Positions 10,553 through 19,443 of a DNA stretch of 64,000 bases are shown here, piece after piece. The stretch spans positions 170,986 to 234,985 of the forward strand of contig JBFWNU010000003.1 of the NCBI GenBank assembly GCA_050250895.1, in the 5' to 3' direction. Source of the stretch: Vulcanimicrobiota bacterium (lineage in GTDB: Bacteria > Vulcanimicrobiota > Xenobia > Xenobiales > JADMJV01). The notes beneath the pieces were generated by a model. It saw only the letters and a program-made list of their open reading frames with translations, was not told where the DNA came from and searched no databases. The first letter of the stretch is position 1, and the number at the start of each line of letters is the position of its first letter. The position numbers and the translations under genes were made by a program.

Positions 10553-10645
10553 TGTGCGCCGCACAATGAGTCGACCGGCGTGTACGGCGCACACGTGCGC
10601 CGCACAATAGCTCGACCGAGGTGTGCGGCGCACATTTGGCAGGCG
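10553..10645. promoter_or_regulatory. cluster of three near-palindromic 15-mers (TGTGCGCCGCACAAT x2 plus the inverted TGTGCGGCGCACAT); candidate operator or structured element
   Basis: Direct reading: the motif occurs at ~10556 and ~10603, and its inverse at ~10628, in the gap after the giant ORF. Confidence 0.3.
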
Positions 10646-10711
10646 GCGAGGGCTCGCACCTGTGGTTGGCGGCGTCGGTCTAGCGGTACAGTCGCGGGGG
10701 CGCATTTCGGA

Positions 10712-10950
10712 TTTCGAGGTTGCGGCGACGGTGAAGTGACCCCCGCTAGTCGTGCTTTCTCGCTGACGGGGTCGCTGAGCCGTCGCCCCGAGCGCGCTCC
10801 TAGCGCGGGCAGTTCCATCAGGTTCGACGTGGTCTGATAACTGCGCCCGCGCGCCTTTCAACGACGCTCACGCCCTTCTCCGTTGCAGTCCTTGCTCACG
10901 TCCCGGGGCGCTGGCGAGCGCCCTTTCGTGAAAGGGCGCGCCAGCGCCCC
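10712..10950. repeat. ~200-bp repeat element, copy A, with a strong terminal hairpin (GGGCGCTGGCGAGCGCCCTTTCGTGAAAGGGCGCGCCAGCGCCC)
   Basis: About 75% identical to 13714-13930. Shared blocks include GTTGCGGCGACGG.GAAGTGACC, GCTGAGCCGTC, CACGCCCTTCTCCGTTGCA.TCCTTGCTCACGTCC and GGCGCTGGCGAGCGCCC. Confidence 0.6.
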
Positions 10951-10967
10951 GGTGGCTTGGGGGTCCC

Positions 10968-11255
10968 TCAGGGAACTCCCAAGCCCTTCATTACCAAAGC
11001 CTCCATTCGGTCGACATGGTTGCGATATTCCTCGACAGAGATATTGGGTGCTTCCTGCCAACTCATAAACAGGGGAATGAACCAGGTTAGAGCGACCAAG
11101 CGTTGTGGCATATGCTCAACATTAGGGTTCAGACACTCAAGTAGAGACTCCACTCTTCGAAAACCTTCTTGGTCAAAACCCTTCATCCTGAGTATTGCAA
11201 AGAATCCTGATTCCCACTCATGCTCGAGTTTTTCGATGATTTCTTGATTGTTCAC
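10968..11255 (-). CDS. candidate immunity protein for the adjacent Rhs C-terminal toxin (95 aa)
   Basis: Small ORF 10 nt downstream of the Rhs-tip ORF on the same strand. It sits in a lower-GC patch and is followed by the repeat-A hairpin. Synteny is typical of Rhs/CdiA toxin-immunity pairs; no recognised domain. Confidence 0.5.
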   Translation of the reverse strand: MNNQEIIEKLEHEWESGFFAILRMKGFDQEGFRRVESLLECLNPNVEHMPQRLVALTWFIPLFMSWQEAPNISVEEYRNHVDRMEALVMKGLGVP

Positions 11256-11264
11256 GCTACCTCC

Positions 11265-12245
11265 TCAAGGTCTGATTTGCCATTGAATAGCTTCCGGTGG
11301 AACGAAGTCTCGGATGAGGACTTCCTTGCCCATTCTCGCCCAAGCATTTAGCATTCTTGCCGCCGGTCCAAACGGCCCTGACGAAATATCTACGATTTCC
11401 GTGGTCACCAAAGAAAGGTCAATCTTGACCTGACCGAAAAAGCCATTCTTCGTGAATTGCATTGCGGCCTCGCTGGTCTTTGCAGTCGAGATCCATGGAC
11501 TTAGTCTCTTACCTGCGACGTGTGACATTGGTGTCACTTCTGTAGCGCCCGGCGCGCGCGCCTGCAATCCTGCTGATGGATTTTCGCCTGGAGCCAGATT
11601 GCGAAAGACATACCCCTTCGGACATTCCTCCGCTGCGTTGGCGGCGGCGGAGAAGCCGAGTGCTGCCTCACCTGACACCGTGGCCGCACGGGCGACCCTG
11701 GCCGCGGCCAGATTCGAGCTTAGCCCCGTGGCGGATCCTACCAGAACCAAGGCGTAGTATGCGCTTTGAGCCTTTGTAGCCTTGCCGGAACCCCAGCCCT
11801 GACCAGCTTCCTGGGCAACCGTCGCTCCGCTCACGTCGAGCATCACGCCCCATGCTCGAAGCCCTGTTGCCTCCACCCAGCCACCAAGTCCGCCCCGGTC
11901 AATCGCGAGATTTGCTTGTTGGTCGAGATATACCTTGTTGGCGTGGGGGTCATCGAAAGTCCCTAGGCCTTCCAATCCGCTGGGGTCAGAGTGATTAACG
12001 GGATTCCCGCCGACATACCCATACAGGTTCAAGCCACCAGCGAACCCAATCGGGTCCCTGCTCAGGAACCTGGCTAAGGTCGGGTCGTAATGCCGCTGCC
12101 GCATGTAGAGCAGCCCGGTGTCGGCCGTGTCGTCGTGCACGCCCAGGCCACCCACGTAAGTCTTCGGGCTATCCGAGTCGGAACTCGGGTCCTTCGCCCC
12201 CCCATTCGTTGTGGAGGAAGTTGGAGGTCGCCCCGTTCGAGGCAT
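11265..12245 (-). CDS. orphan Rhs repeat-associated core end plus C-terminal toxin domain (N-terminally truncated Rhs fragment)
   Basis: YMRQRHYDPTLARFLSRDPIGFAGGLNLYGYVGGNPVNHSDPSGL matches the RHS core terminus up to the DPxGL processing motif. It is followed by a ~230-aa unassigned C-terminal domain. A stop lies 9 nt upstream of the first Met, so there is no upstream YD-repeat body. Confidence 0.8.
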   Translation of the reverse strand: MPRTGRPPTSSTTNGGAKDPSSDSDSPKTYVGGLGVHDDTADTGLLYMRQRHYDPTLARFLSRDPIGFAGGLNLYGYVGGNPVNHSDPSGLEGLGTFDDPHANKVYLDQQANLAIDRGGLGGWVEATGLRAWGVMLDVSGATVAQEAGQGWGSGKATKAQSAYYALVLVGSATGLSSNLAAARVARAATVSGEAALGFSAAANAAEECPKGYVFRNLAPGENPSAGLQARAPGATEVTPMSHVAGKRLSPWISTAKTSEAAMQFTKNGFFGQVKIDLSLVTTEIVDISSGPFGPAARMLNAWARMGKEVLIRDFVPPEAIQWQIRP

Positions 12246-12659
12246 TGACCATCACCCGAGCCGAGGAAAGCCCAGACCTCGGAGACCGTCGGCGTCGCGC
12301 ACTTTCTTCTTGCGCAGGTTGCCGGAGTTGACGGTGTCCCGGCTCGACGGCCGTCAGCCCGTTGGAGTCGTTCGCGTCGGCTCAGGCCGAGGACCCTACC
12401 CCCCCCCGCACACGTGTGCCAAAAAAAATAAGATGCGGCCGCCCAACCGCCTCGGAGGTGCCTCCCCCCTAAACTGCTCGTGACAGCCTCTCCAGGACCC
12501 CCTCAGGCACTTGGCCAGCCGAGTTTGAAGAAATCTTCATTTTGGCCTCTCAAAGCTCGAATAATCATCGCTTAGAAAGTGCGCAATTGCCTATGAAATA
12601 AGGGTTTGAGCTGCATCGAATCTTTGACGAACAAGGGGAGCAGAGACTATCATGGACCT

Positions 12660-13718
12660 ATGATTACCGATGATAAGCAACGCGAATTCTGGACCCTCGA
12701 GAACTTGAGCAAGCTCCCTCACGAGCGGCTGGAAAGGGTGATCCGTCGCCTGGCCAACACCCTGGCCCTGACTCGCATCCTGCTGGGGCGATGTCTGTTG
12801 GCTATCGAGCGCACCGACTTCTGCGCCGAGACCGGCTGCCACTCGGCTATCCATTTCGCCCGGCTGATCAAAGTCGAGAAGCGCGAGGCGCTAGATTCGA
12901 TGCGGATCGCCGGCCATCTCGAAGAGCTGCCGCTGTTTTCCAAAGCCTGCGAAGAGAACCGAATCTGCTGGTCCAATCTGCGTGTGGTCACCCGCATCGT
13001 GACGCCCGAGACCGAAGAGGCCTGGCTTGACCTGGCGGTGCGCCTTAAGCCTCATCGCCTGGCCCGTCTGGTGGCCGGGGCCAGCCGCGGTGACACTCCG
13101 GCCGAGGCGGCCCTGAACCTGGTAGAAGAGGTGGAACTCCGTTTCCGGGTCGCTCCCGAGGTGTCCGAGTTGTGGTCGCGGGCCGTGGGCGTGATCTCGA
13201 GGGAACACGGCGGCACGGTCAATCCGGCCGAGGCGTTCGAATGGATCCTGGCCGACTTTCTGGGCGGCCAGGTAGAGCAGCTCAGGGTCGAGGCCGCCCA
13301 GGAGCTGGTCGCTCCGGTCGAGGCGCTGGCAATGCAGACACACGTGTGTCCGGGCGAGTCGAAGTTGCAATTGGCCGGACGGTTGAGGTTCAATCCGAGC
13401 AAGCGGCAGGCGACTGCCGCCCAGCGCCGGGCAGTGCTGCGGCGGGATGGCTATCGCTGCTCTTGCCCGGGCTGCCCCAATCGACTTTGGCTCGATGTGC
13501 ATCACGTGGTGTTCTACTGTCGCGGCGGACCGACGGTGCCCGAAAACCTGGTGGTGGTGTGCTCGCGCTGCCACAAGAACATCCATCAGGGCATCCTGCG
13601 CGTGAGCGGGGTGGCTCCCCAGGGGCTGGTCTGGCGCGATCGCCGGGGGCGCGAGCTGGAACGCGAGCCCGAGAGCGGGCTATTGGAATGGCTGCTGGAA
13701 TGGGCTCGAGCTGGCTAA
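12660..13718 (+). CDS. DUF222/HNH endonuclease family protein (REP13E12-like), paralog 1
   Basis: C-terminal HNH motif RRAVLRRDGYRCSCPGCPNRLWLDVHHVVFYCRGGPTVPENLVVVCSRCHKNIH. The N-terminal helical region resembles the other two paralogs. An AT-rich promoter-like stretch lies upstream; the start is uncertain (alternative TTG at 12606). Confidence 0.75.
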   Translation: MITDDKQREFWTLENLSKLPHERLERVIRRLANTLALTRILLGRCLLAIERTDFCAETGCHSAIHFARLIKVEKREALDSMRIAGHLEELPLFSKACEENRICWSNLRVVTRIVTPETEEAWLDLAVRLKPHRLARLVAGASRGDTPAEAALNLVEEVELRFRVAPEVSELWSRAVGVISREHGGTVNPAEAFEWILADFLGGQVEQLRVEAAQELVAPVEALAMQTHVCPGESKLQLAGRLRFNPSKRQATAAQRRAVLRRDGYRCSCPGCPNRLWLDVHHVVFYCRGGPTVPENLVVVCSRCHKNIHQGILRVSGVAPQGLVWRDRRGRELEREPESGLLEWLLEWARAG

Positions 13719-13930
13719 GTTGCGGCGACGGAGAAGTGACCTTTTCTGGCTTTGGGGTGCTGAGCCGTCACCCGCGGGCGCGCTCGTTTCGTGCGCAGTT
13801 CAATCAGGTTTATCGTGGTCCGAGAACCGCGCCCGGGCGCCTTTCAGCCATGATCACGCCCTTCTCCGTTGCACTCCTTGCTCACGTCCGCGGCGCTGGC
13901 GAGCGCCCCTTTGGGCCCAGAAAGCGTCAT
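13714..13930. repeat. ~200-bp repeat element, copy B (pair of 10712-10950)
   Basis: Same blocks as copy A. The two copies bracket the immunity gene, the Rhs tip and HNH paralog 1. Confidence 0.6.
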
Positions 13931-14093
13931 CGCGCCTAGCCCCGATTTCGCGGTAGACGATCTCGGCGAGGCGTCCGTGGCCGAATCCCTCAAAAACTCG
14001 AGCCGTAGCGAAGCGAAGGCTCGCTCCCTTCCCTGGGCGTAGCCCAGCTCCCATCTCGAGGCCAAAGGCCTCGCTCCCCCCGGCGTGGAGCGG

Positions 14094-15977
14094 TCAGTCG
14101 TGGACGTCGAGGCTGAAGTCGCCGATGGTGACCTGGTCGTCCGAGACGATGATGCGTTGGTCCTTGTCGGTCGAATCGATGAGCGCTTCGCCGACCTTGA
14201 GGGGGCGGCCGAGGTCGATGACCAGGGTGCCGCCATTGGCTCCCATGGCCAGCACTTTGCCCTCTTTGGTGGCCACCAGTTCGGCCACCGCGCTGTCCAA
14301 CTTGTACGCGGATACGGGCTGGCCCGGCTGCATGACATAGACGTGGCCGCTGGCCGAACCGGCCACGGCCAGATAGTCATCGCCGGCCCTCAGCGGCAAC
14401 ACTTCGGTGAACGGCTGGCCGTCGTCGGTCCAAAAGGTGGTGCGCTTGAACTCGTTGGGCCGGCCGGCCGGCAGCTCGATGGTCAGAAAGTGGTCGAAGT
14501 CCTCGGGCACACGGCCCCAGCGCACTCGGGCGTCGCTGAGGTCAGGGAAGACGGCGACCTGAGCTGTCTTGGAGCTGGCTAGAAGCTTGCTCGAGAGGGT
14601 GCTGGCACTCACGCCGGCCTGGGTCAAAGCCTGGTCTTGAGTGGAGGGTTCGGCGAACTGGGCGCAGCCGTCGGCTAGCACTCCGCCGAGGCTCCACAGG
14701 GTCGGCTTGAGGCTGACCTTGTCGTTGTGGTGCTGAAACTCGCGGAGATAGCCTTCGAGAGTGGGGTGACGGTGGTAGTGGCCCAGGTTGGGGTCGGCCA
14801 GCAGGGGCGCGTCGAGGCTCACCGGGCTCGGGTTGCCGTCGCGGTCAAGCGCGATGGGACCGTTGCTCGACACGATGGCCAGCCGGCCGTCGGCCAGAGG
14901 GGCAAAGTGGAACATCGGGCGATCGTCAGGCTCTGAGTAGATTTCGACCGGATGGTCCGCCAGGCCCACCGAGTGGGTGATGAGCCCCCAGCCAGTCTGG
15001 GCCTGATCGAGGTCTATCCGAAGCAAGAGGCGAGCCTTGGGCTCCTGGTGCCAGCGACGGCCGGCCACGTAGGCTTCGTTGCCGTCGCGCGAGAGGCGCA
15101 CCTCTTCGACCGAACCGCGGAAGGTGAATTTCTTGAGCTTCTCGCCGTCGGGTGAATAGAGGCGAAAAGTAGACTTGGTGTAGTCGTGATGCTCGCGCAC
15201 CAGCACCGAGCCGTCGGGGCGGGGTAAGATGTCCTGGATGTCGTCCGAGACGGCGAACGAGCGGCTGGCGCCGGTAGCCAGATCGAGGCTGGTCAGTTGC
15301 TTGTCCTGTCTGAAGGTCAGGCGGTCGGCGCCATAGTGGGTATAGGTGGGGCTCGCGTCTTGCTGGTAGATGGTCTGGCCGTCGCTGCCGAGGACTTCCA
15401 GGCTGCGCCCGGTGACCACCAGCTTGCCGTCAGGCAAGAGCAGGGCGCGACTCATGTTGTCGTAGCTCTTGGGAGTCACTTCGCGGGTCGAGTCGAGGCG
15501 TGAGTCGGTCACCAGCAGCCGGTCAGGGCCGCCCACCACCAGGCCGTTTTCGTTGACATCCAGCCGGGTTGCCTCAAAGGGAAGGTTTAGCTCGGCGGTG
15601 GGTTGGCCGGTTTGGCCGTCGAGGCTCTGCAGGCGGCCTTTCTCGAGCACGAAGACGCGACCCGAGTGCTGCTCGCACTCGAGGCTGACGAAGTCGGGAG
15701 TGCGCTCGAATTCATACAGCTTCTCGCCCTGGCGACTCCAGCCGGTGATGGTCTTCTCGCCCAGCTTGACGAAGTTCTGACCGGTGAAGAGCAGGCGGTC
15801 AAAGCGACCGAGGGGTTGCTGATGAACCTGCTCGAATCCGCCGGCAGTGGCCCGATAGAGCGAGGCCTCGAGTGGCCTGGCCGACCCCTCGTAACCGTCG
15901 GTGGGGCCGGTGGCAGCGGCTCGGGGCGACGGACGCAAATTTGCCGGAGTGGCTCCGTTTACACCTGAAATGACCAT
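14094..15977 (-). CDS. hypothetical beta-propeller-like repeat protein (627 aa)
   Basis: Long ORF with repeated DG..L/V..G strand-like segments (DGKLVVTG, DGSVLV, DGRLAIV). No motif could be assigned. No clear RBS, so the start is uncertain. Confidence 0.55.
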   Translation of the reverse strand: MVISGVNGATPANLRPSPRAAATGPTDGYEGSARPLEASLYRATAGGFEQVHQQPLGRFDRLLFTGQNFVKLGEKTITGWSRQGEKLYEFERTPDFVSLECEQHSGRVFVLEKGRLQSLDGQTGQPTAELNLPFEATRLDVNENGLVVGGPDRLLVTDSRLDSTREVTPKSYDNMSRALLLPDGKLVVTGRSLEVLGSDGQTIYQQDASPTYTHYGADRLTFRQDKQLTSLDLATGASRSFAVSDDIQDILPRPDGSVLVREHHDYTKSTFRLYSPDGEKLKKFTFRGSVEEVRLSRDGNEAYVAGRRWHQEPKARLLLRIDLDQAQTGWGLITHSVGLADHPVEIYSEPDDRPMFHFAPLADGRLAIVSSNGPIALDRDGNPSPVSLDAPLLADPNLGHYHRHPTLEGYLREFQHHNDKVSLKPTLWSLGGVLADGCAQFAEPSTQDQALTQAGVSASTLSSKLLASSKTAQVAVFPDLSDARVRWGRVPEDFDHFLTIELPAGRPNEFKRTTFWTDDGQPFTEVLPLRAGDDYLAVAGSASGHVYVMQPGQPVSAYKLDSAVAELVATKEGKVLAMGANGGTLVIDLGRPLKVGEALIDSTDKDQRIIVSDDQVTIGDFSLDVHD

Positions 15978-16059
15978 GCTATCAGCTTAGGCTAGAGACC
16001 GTAAAAAAGTCTGATTCAACCCCTGAAGGTGGGCGCCCGGCGGGCAAGAACCTCTCGGC

Positions 16060-16674
16060 ATGCGTGTCATCCTCACTCTTCTTTTGGGCTTTCTGCTCGT
16101 TTCAGGGGTAGCGGCCGAGCAGCTCAAGCCGGTCGACAACACCGCCGAGGCTCCGGATTTCGAGGCTTTTCGCAGCCAGCTCAAACAAGCGGTGCGCGAC
16201 CACGATGCGGCTTTCTTTCGCGAGCGCGCCCAGGGCGCCAAGGTCAGCTTCGGAGGAGACACCTCCCTCGACCAGATGTACAAACTCGACGATCCCGACG
16301 ACCGATTCTGGAAGATCGTGGCCCGCATGGTCGAGCTGGGCGGCTACTATGAGGCCGACCACGCTATGGTTTATTATCCTTACGTGTATGCCCGATTTCC
16401 CGAGAATCTCGACAGTTTCGAGTGGGTGGCCGTGACCGGCGAGAACGTGAACCTGCGCGACCAGCCCAGCCTTTCGGGGCAGGTGGTCGGGCACGCCAGC
16501 TATGACCTGTTGAAGGTGGTGGAGTGGTCCGACGAGTGGCTGAAGGTTCAGCGCGATGGTGGCGCCTTCGCCTATATTCACCGCGATCTGGTCTACTCGC
16601 CCGTGGGTTATCGGATGGGCTTGAAGAAGAGGGATGGCCGCTGGATGATCACCTTCCTGGTGGCGGGCGACTAG
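16060..16674 (+). CDS. secreted protein with C-terminal SH3b-like domain
   Basis: Signal peptide MRVILTLLLGFLLVSGVAA. C-terminal VAVTGENVNLRDQPSLSGQVVGHASYDLLKVVEWSDEWLKVQ resembles bacterial SH3 domains. Confidence 0.7.
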   Translation: MRVILTLLLGFLLVSGVAAEQLKPVDNTAEAPDFEAFRSQLKQAVRDHDAAFFRERAQGAKVSFGGDTSLDQMYKLDDPDDRFWKIVARMVELGGYYEADHAMVYYPYVYARFPENLDSFEWVAVTGENVNLRDQPSLSGQVVGHASYDLLKVVEWSDEWLKVQRDGGAFAYIHRDLVYSPVGYRMGLKKRDGRWMITFLVAGD

Positions 16675-16728
16675 CAGAAATGTCGAATTGTTCAGATTCT
16701 GGCAACAACTTTTTGGTAAGGTGTTGAG

Positions 16729-18138
16729 GTGGCAACGACTATAGGCAATACTCCCTCTTCGGTCACCACGACCGCGCCCTCTCGCCCCGCCACGGTCGCC
16801 AGCCAACCCAAAGTCGAGTCGGGCCCGAAAGAGACTTTCACCCCCGGCGAGCCGGCCGGTCCCCCTAAGCAGAGCGAGGTGCTGGCTCTATTCGCTAAGA
16901 ATGGCGAGGCCCGCTCGGCCGCCAGCGACCTGATCCGCAGTGAGGGCGTGGGCGCTCCCGATGCCGAGCAGCGCCAGCGCCTGATGGGCGAGCTGTCCGG
17001 GGTCGATAAGGACGTGTTGCAACTGGCGGCCGACAGCGGCCTGAAATTCGCCGTGGCCGATCCTGGTGACAACCTGGTCGAACTGGGGGCGGTCAAGCCG
17101 CTCGACCCTGAAGCCATCAAGGCCGATCTCCCTGACATGAAGGCGGCCGGCGACAACTATCTCGAAGCTTCGGGCCCGCTGGCCTCGAAGATGGCCGACC
17201 TCTACAACCAGCGAAACGCTTATATCCAAGAGAAAGGCTACACCCAAGAGCAGCTGGCGACGGTCGACGATCCCAAGCTGCGCGGCATCGAGTCCCAATT
17301 TCTCGAGACCCGTGGCCAGCTGATGGGCGAGGCCAGCAAGATGCTCGAATCTGGAGTGCGCCAGTTTATCCCGCCCCAGGGGGAAGGGATGCCGCGCACC
17401 ACCGCTCTCGAGTCGGTGGCCATCAGCCAGGGAGCCCAGACTCCCGAAGAGATCAAAGAGTTCACCGACATGGTCAAGACGCTCAACGCCGACCGGCTGG
17501 CCGGCATGGGCGAGCGCGGCCTCGCGGCCCTGCAAGCTCAGGCCCAGTCTGGCGACGCCCAACAGGCCGAGCAGGCCAAGGCCTATCTTGAGGCGGCCGA
17601 GCGCAAGGGTCTGACCATGATCAACTGGCAAGAAGAGCCGCTGATCATTCCCGACATGCAGTATCATCGCGACCCCGACGCTCCCGCTGGCAGCCCCGGT
17701 CTGCGGCTGGACACCCACGACATGAACGTGCTCAACGAGTGGGGCGGGGGCACTACCACCGTCACTCCTTTCAATCCTGACGATCCCAACGGAGCCACCG
17801 GCGGCGTGCGACTGCCCAAGTCCAACCTGGTCTTGTTGCGTAGCGGCGTCGAGGGTGAGGGAGTGCACGAGTTAGGCCACGCCATCGAGGGCATCGTCGA
17901 GCAAAAAGATCCTCAGTTCCATCAGCAGTGGTCGAGCCAGGTGCAGCAAGCCTTCCTCAACGGTCAGGCCAGCGGTCAGGGCGTGACTCGCTACTCGCTG
18001 ACCAACCCCGACGAATACATCGCCGAGGGGTTCTCTCATTTCTACGAAGATCCCCAACTGCTCAAAGCCAAAGACCCGGCGCTGTTCGGCCTGAGTGAAC
18101 AACTGGTCGCCAGGGCCCGTGAACTCGGCGCCCAGTGA
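16729..18138 (+). CDS. putative secreted zinc metalloprotease with anthrax-lethal-factor-like (ATLF) catalytic motifs
   Basis: GTG start with an AAGGTG RBS. The N-terminus is a disordered S/T/P-rich stretch. VHELGHAIEG (HExxH) and, downstream, NPDEYIAEGFSHFYE match the ATLF-type third-ligand region. Confidence 0.65.
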   Translation: MATTIGNTPSSVTTTAPSRPATVASQPKVESGPKETFTPGEPAGPPKQSEVLALFAKNGEARSAASDLIRSEGVGAPDAEQRQRLMGELSGVDKDVLQLAADSGLKFAVADPGDNLVELGAVKPLDPEAIKADLPDMKAAGDNYLEASGPLASKMADLYNQRNAYIQEKGYTQEQLATVDDPKLRGIESQFLETRGQLMGEASKMLESGVRQFIPPQGEGMPRTTALESVAISQGAQTPEEIKEFTDMVKTLNADRLAGMGERGLAALQAQAQSGDAQQAEQAKAYLEAAERKGLTMINWQEEPLIIPDMQYHRDPDAPAGSPGLRLDTHDMNVLNEWGGGTTTVTPFNPDDPNGATGGVRLPKSNLVLLRSGVEGEGVHELGHAIEGIVEQKDPQFHQQWSSQVQQAFLNGQASGQGVTRYSLTNPDEYIAEGFSHFYEDPQLLKAKDPALFGLSEQLVARARELGAQ

Positions 18139-18422
18139 AAATCGTCTTCCACCGCTACCTCGAGACGGCCGACTCGCTCGAGGTCGGCGAAGAGGTCGGC
18201 GAGCTGTGCATCCACGACGAAGAGTTCGACCTTTTCTTTGACGACCCCGATTTGCAGCGGCGAGTGTTGGAGCTGATCGAAGAAGACGGGTTACTCAAGC
18301 GAGTCGCCCAGGGCCCGGCCACCCGTTTCGTGGCTCCCGAGCCTCTCTCGAAAGAGTGGGCCCAGTTGTTGGTCGAGCGGCTCGAACGCAAGGACTTTCG
18401 CCTGTGCGGGAAGTTCACTTAA
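18135..18422 (+). CDS. small acidic protein coupled to the metalloprotease (chaperone or immunity candidate)
   Basis: Its ATG overlaps the metalloprotease stop (GTGA). 95 aa, Asp/Glu-rich. Confidence 0.45.
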   Translation: MKIVFHRYLETADSLEVGEEVGELCIHDEEFDLFFDDPDLQRRVLELIEEDGLLKRVAQGPATRFVAPEPLSKEWAQLLVERLERKDFRLCGKFT

Positions 18423-19312
18423 AGCGACTCGAAGAGCTTTACGGCTGTCTTGAAGAACGGCCGGGAAATCCTTGCGGCCAGTGCCGCGAATGCTGCACCG
18501 ACGGGGGAGCCAACCTGCACCGGGTGACCGAGTTAGAACTCGACCTCATCGAAGAGCGGGTGGGCCCGGTCGAGGACTTTCGGCGCTACCTGGCTCGCAC
18601 TGGCGAGTTCCACCTGTGCCCTTTTTATGACGAGCAGGCCCGCGGCTGCGGGATCTATGCGGTAAGACCCTTCTCGTGCCGTATCTTCGGCCACTATCGT
18701 TCAGACGCGACCCGGCTGCCCGAAGTGTGTGTCTTTCGGGGTCAGGAAAGAATCTTCGGGTCCTACTTCGAGGAAGTGCCCCAGGCTCGCCAGTTGCGTG
18801 AACTCGTGCGGGATTACTGGCCGCATCGCCAGCAGCGTGTCTCGCTAGGTCAACCTACCGCTCCGGGACCCGATGCCGACCCGTTGGAGCAGGCCCTATG
18901 GCTGCAACACCAGGGCCACTTTGATGAAGCCCTGGCTCAACTCGAGTCGGCCGACCTCTCGCGGACCCCGTATTTCCTCTATTGCCTGGCTTTGATCCTC
19001 GAGGGTCTCGGTCAATTCGCGCCGGCTCAGGCCGCCCTCGAAGAAGCCCTCGAGGCCGCTCCCGAGGTGGGAACGCTCTGGTTTCGCCTGGGCTGCGTCC
19101 GCTTCTCGCGCGGACTCGATGCGGTGGCGGCTTTTGACCAGGCCTGCCGCTTTGACCCTGACAATGGTCGAGCCTGGGGGTTTCTGGGCTGTGCCTGGCT
19201 GCAGAAAGGGTGCCCGAGCGAAGCGGTCGAGCCGCTTCGCCGGGCGGTCGAGATGATTCCTGAGGAGGACGCGTTCGCGCGTTATCTGGCTCTGGCTACT
19301 GGCTCACCATGA
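18404..19312 (+). CDS. YkgJ-type cysteine-cluster (zinc/iron-chelating) domain protein with C-terminal TPR repeats
   Basis: CGQCRECC...CPFYDEQARGCGIYAVRPFSCRIFGHY is the YkgJ/PF03692 pattern, with TPR-like helices in the C-terminal half. Start placed at the GTG with an AAGGA RBS; alternative GTG at 18356. Confidence 0.65.
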   Translation: MREVHLKRLEELYGCLEERPGNPCGQCRECCTDGGANLHRVTELELDLIEERVGPVEDFRRYLARTGEFHLCPFYDEQARGCGIYAVRPFSCRIFGHYRSDATRLPEVCVFRGQERIFGSYFEEVPQARQLRELVRDYWPHRQQRVSLGQPTAPGPDADPLEQALWLQHQGHFDEALAQLESADLSRTPYFLYCLALILEGLGQFAPAQAALEEALEAAPEVGTLWFRLGCVRFSRGLDAVAAFDQACRFDPDNGRAWGFLGCAWLQKGCPSEAVEPLRRAVEMIPEEDAFARYLALATGSP

Positions 19313-19443
19313 ACAAGAGAATCAGGCTCGCCACTACCACCACGCTCAGGTCGAGTAGATGGGGCAAACCGGATGCCCCCCCCTTAACCATCGGGACCTG
19401 TTGGTGGCCGCGTCCAGGTGGTCTACTGAAGGTGGAGGAACAC

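Noticed and set aside
10900-10945. Classical rho-independent terminator for the immunity gene
   Set aside because: Strong 19-bp hairpin but no U-tract on either strand, so it is treated as part of the repeat element.
13844-14380. 178-aa minus-strand ORF
   Set aside because: Low-complexity P/S/A/R-rich translation. It overlaps the repeat copy B and the 3' end of the beta-propeller gene, and its N-terminus simply mirrors the repeat (the same peptide appears at 10858..11061).
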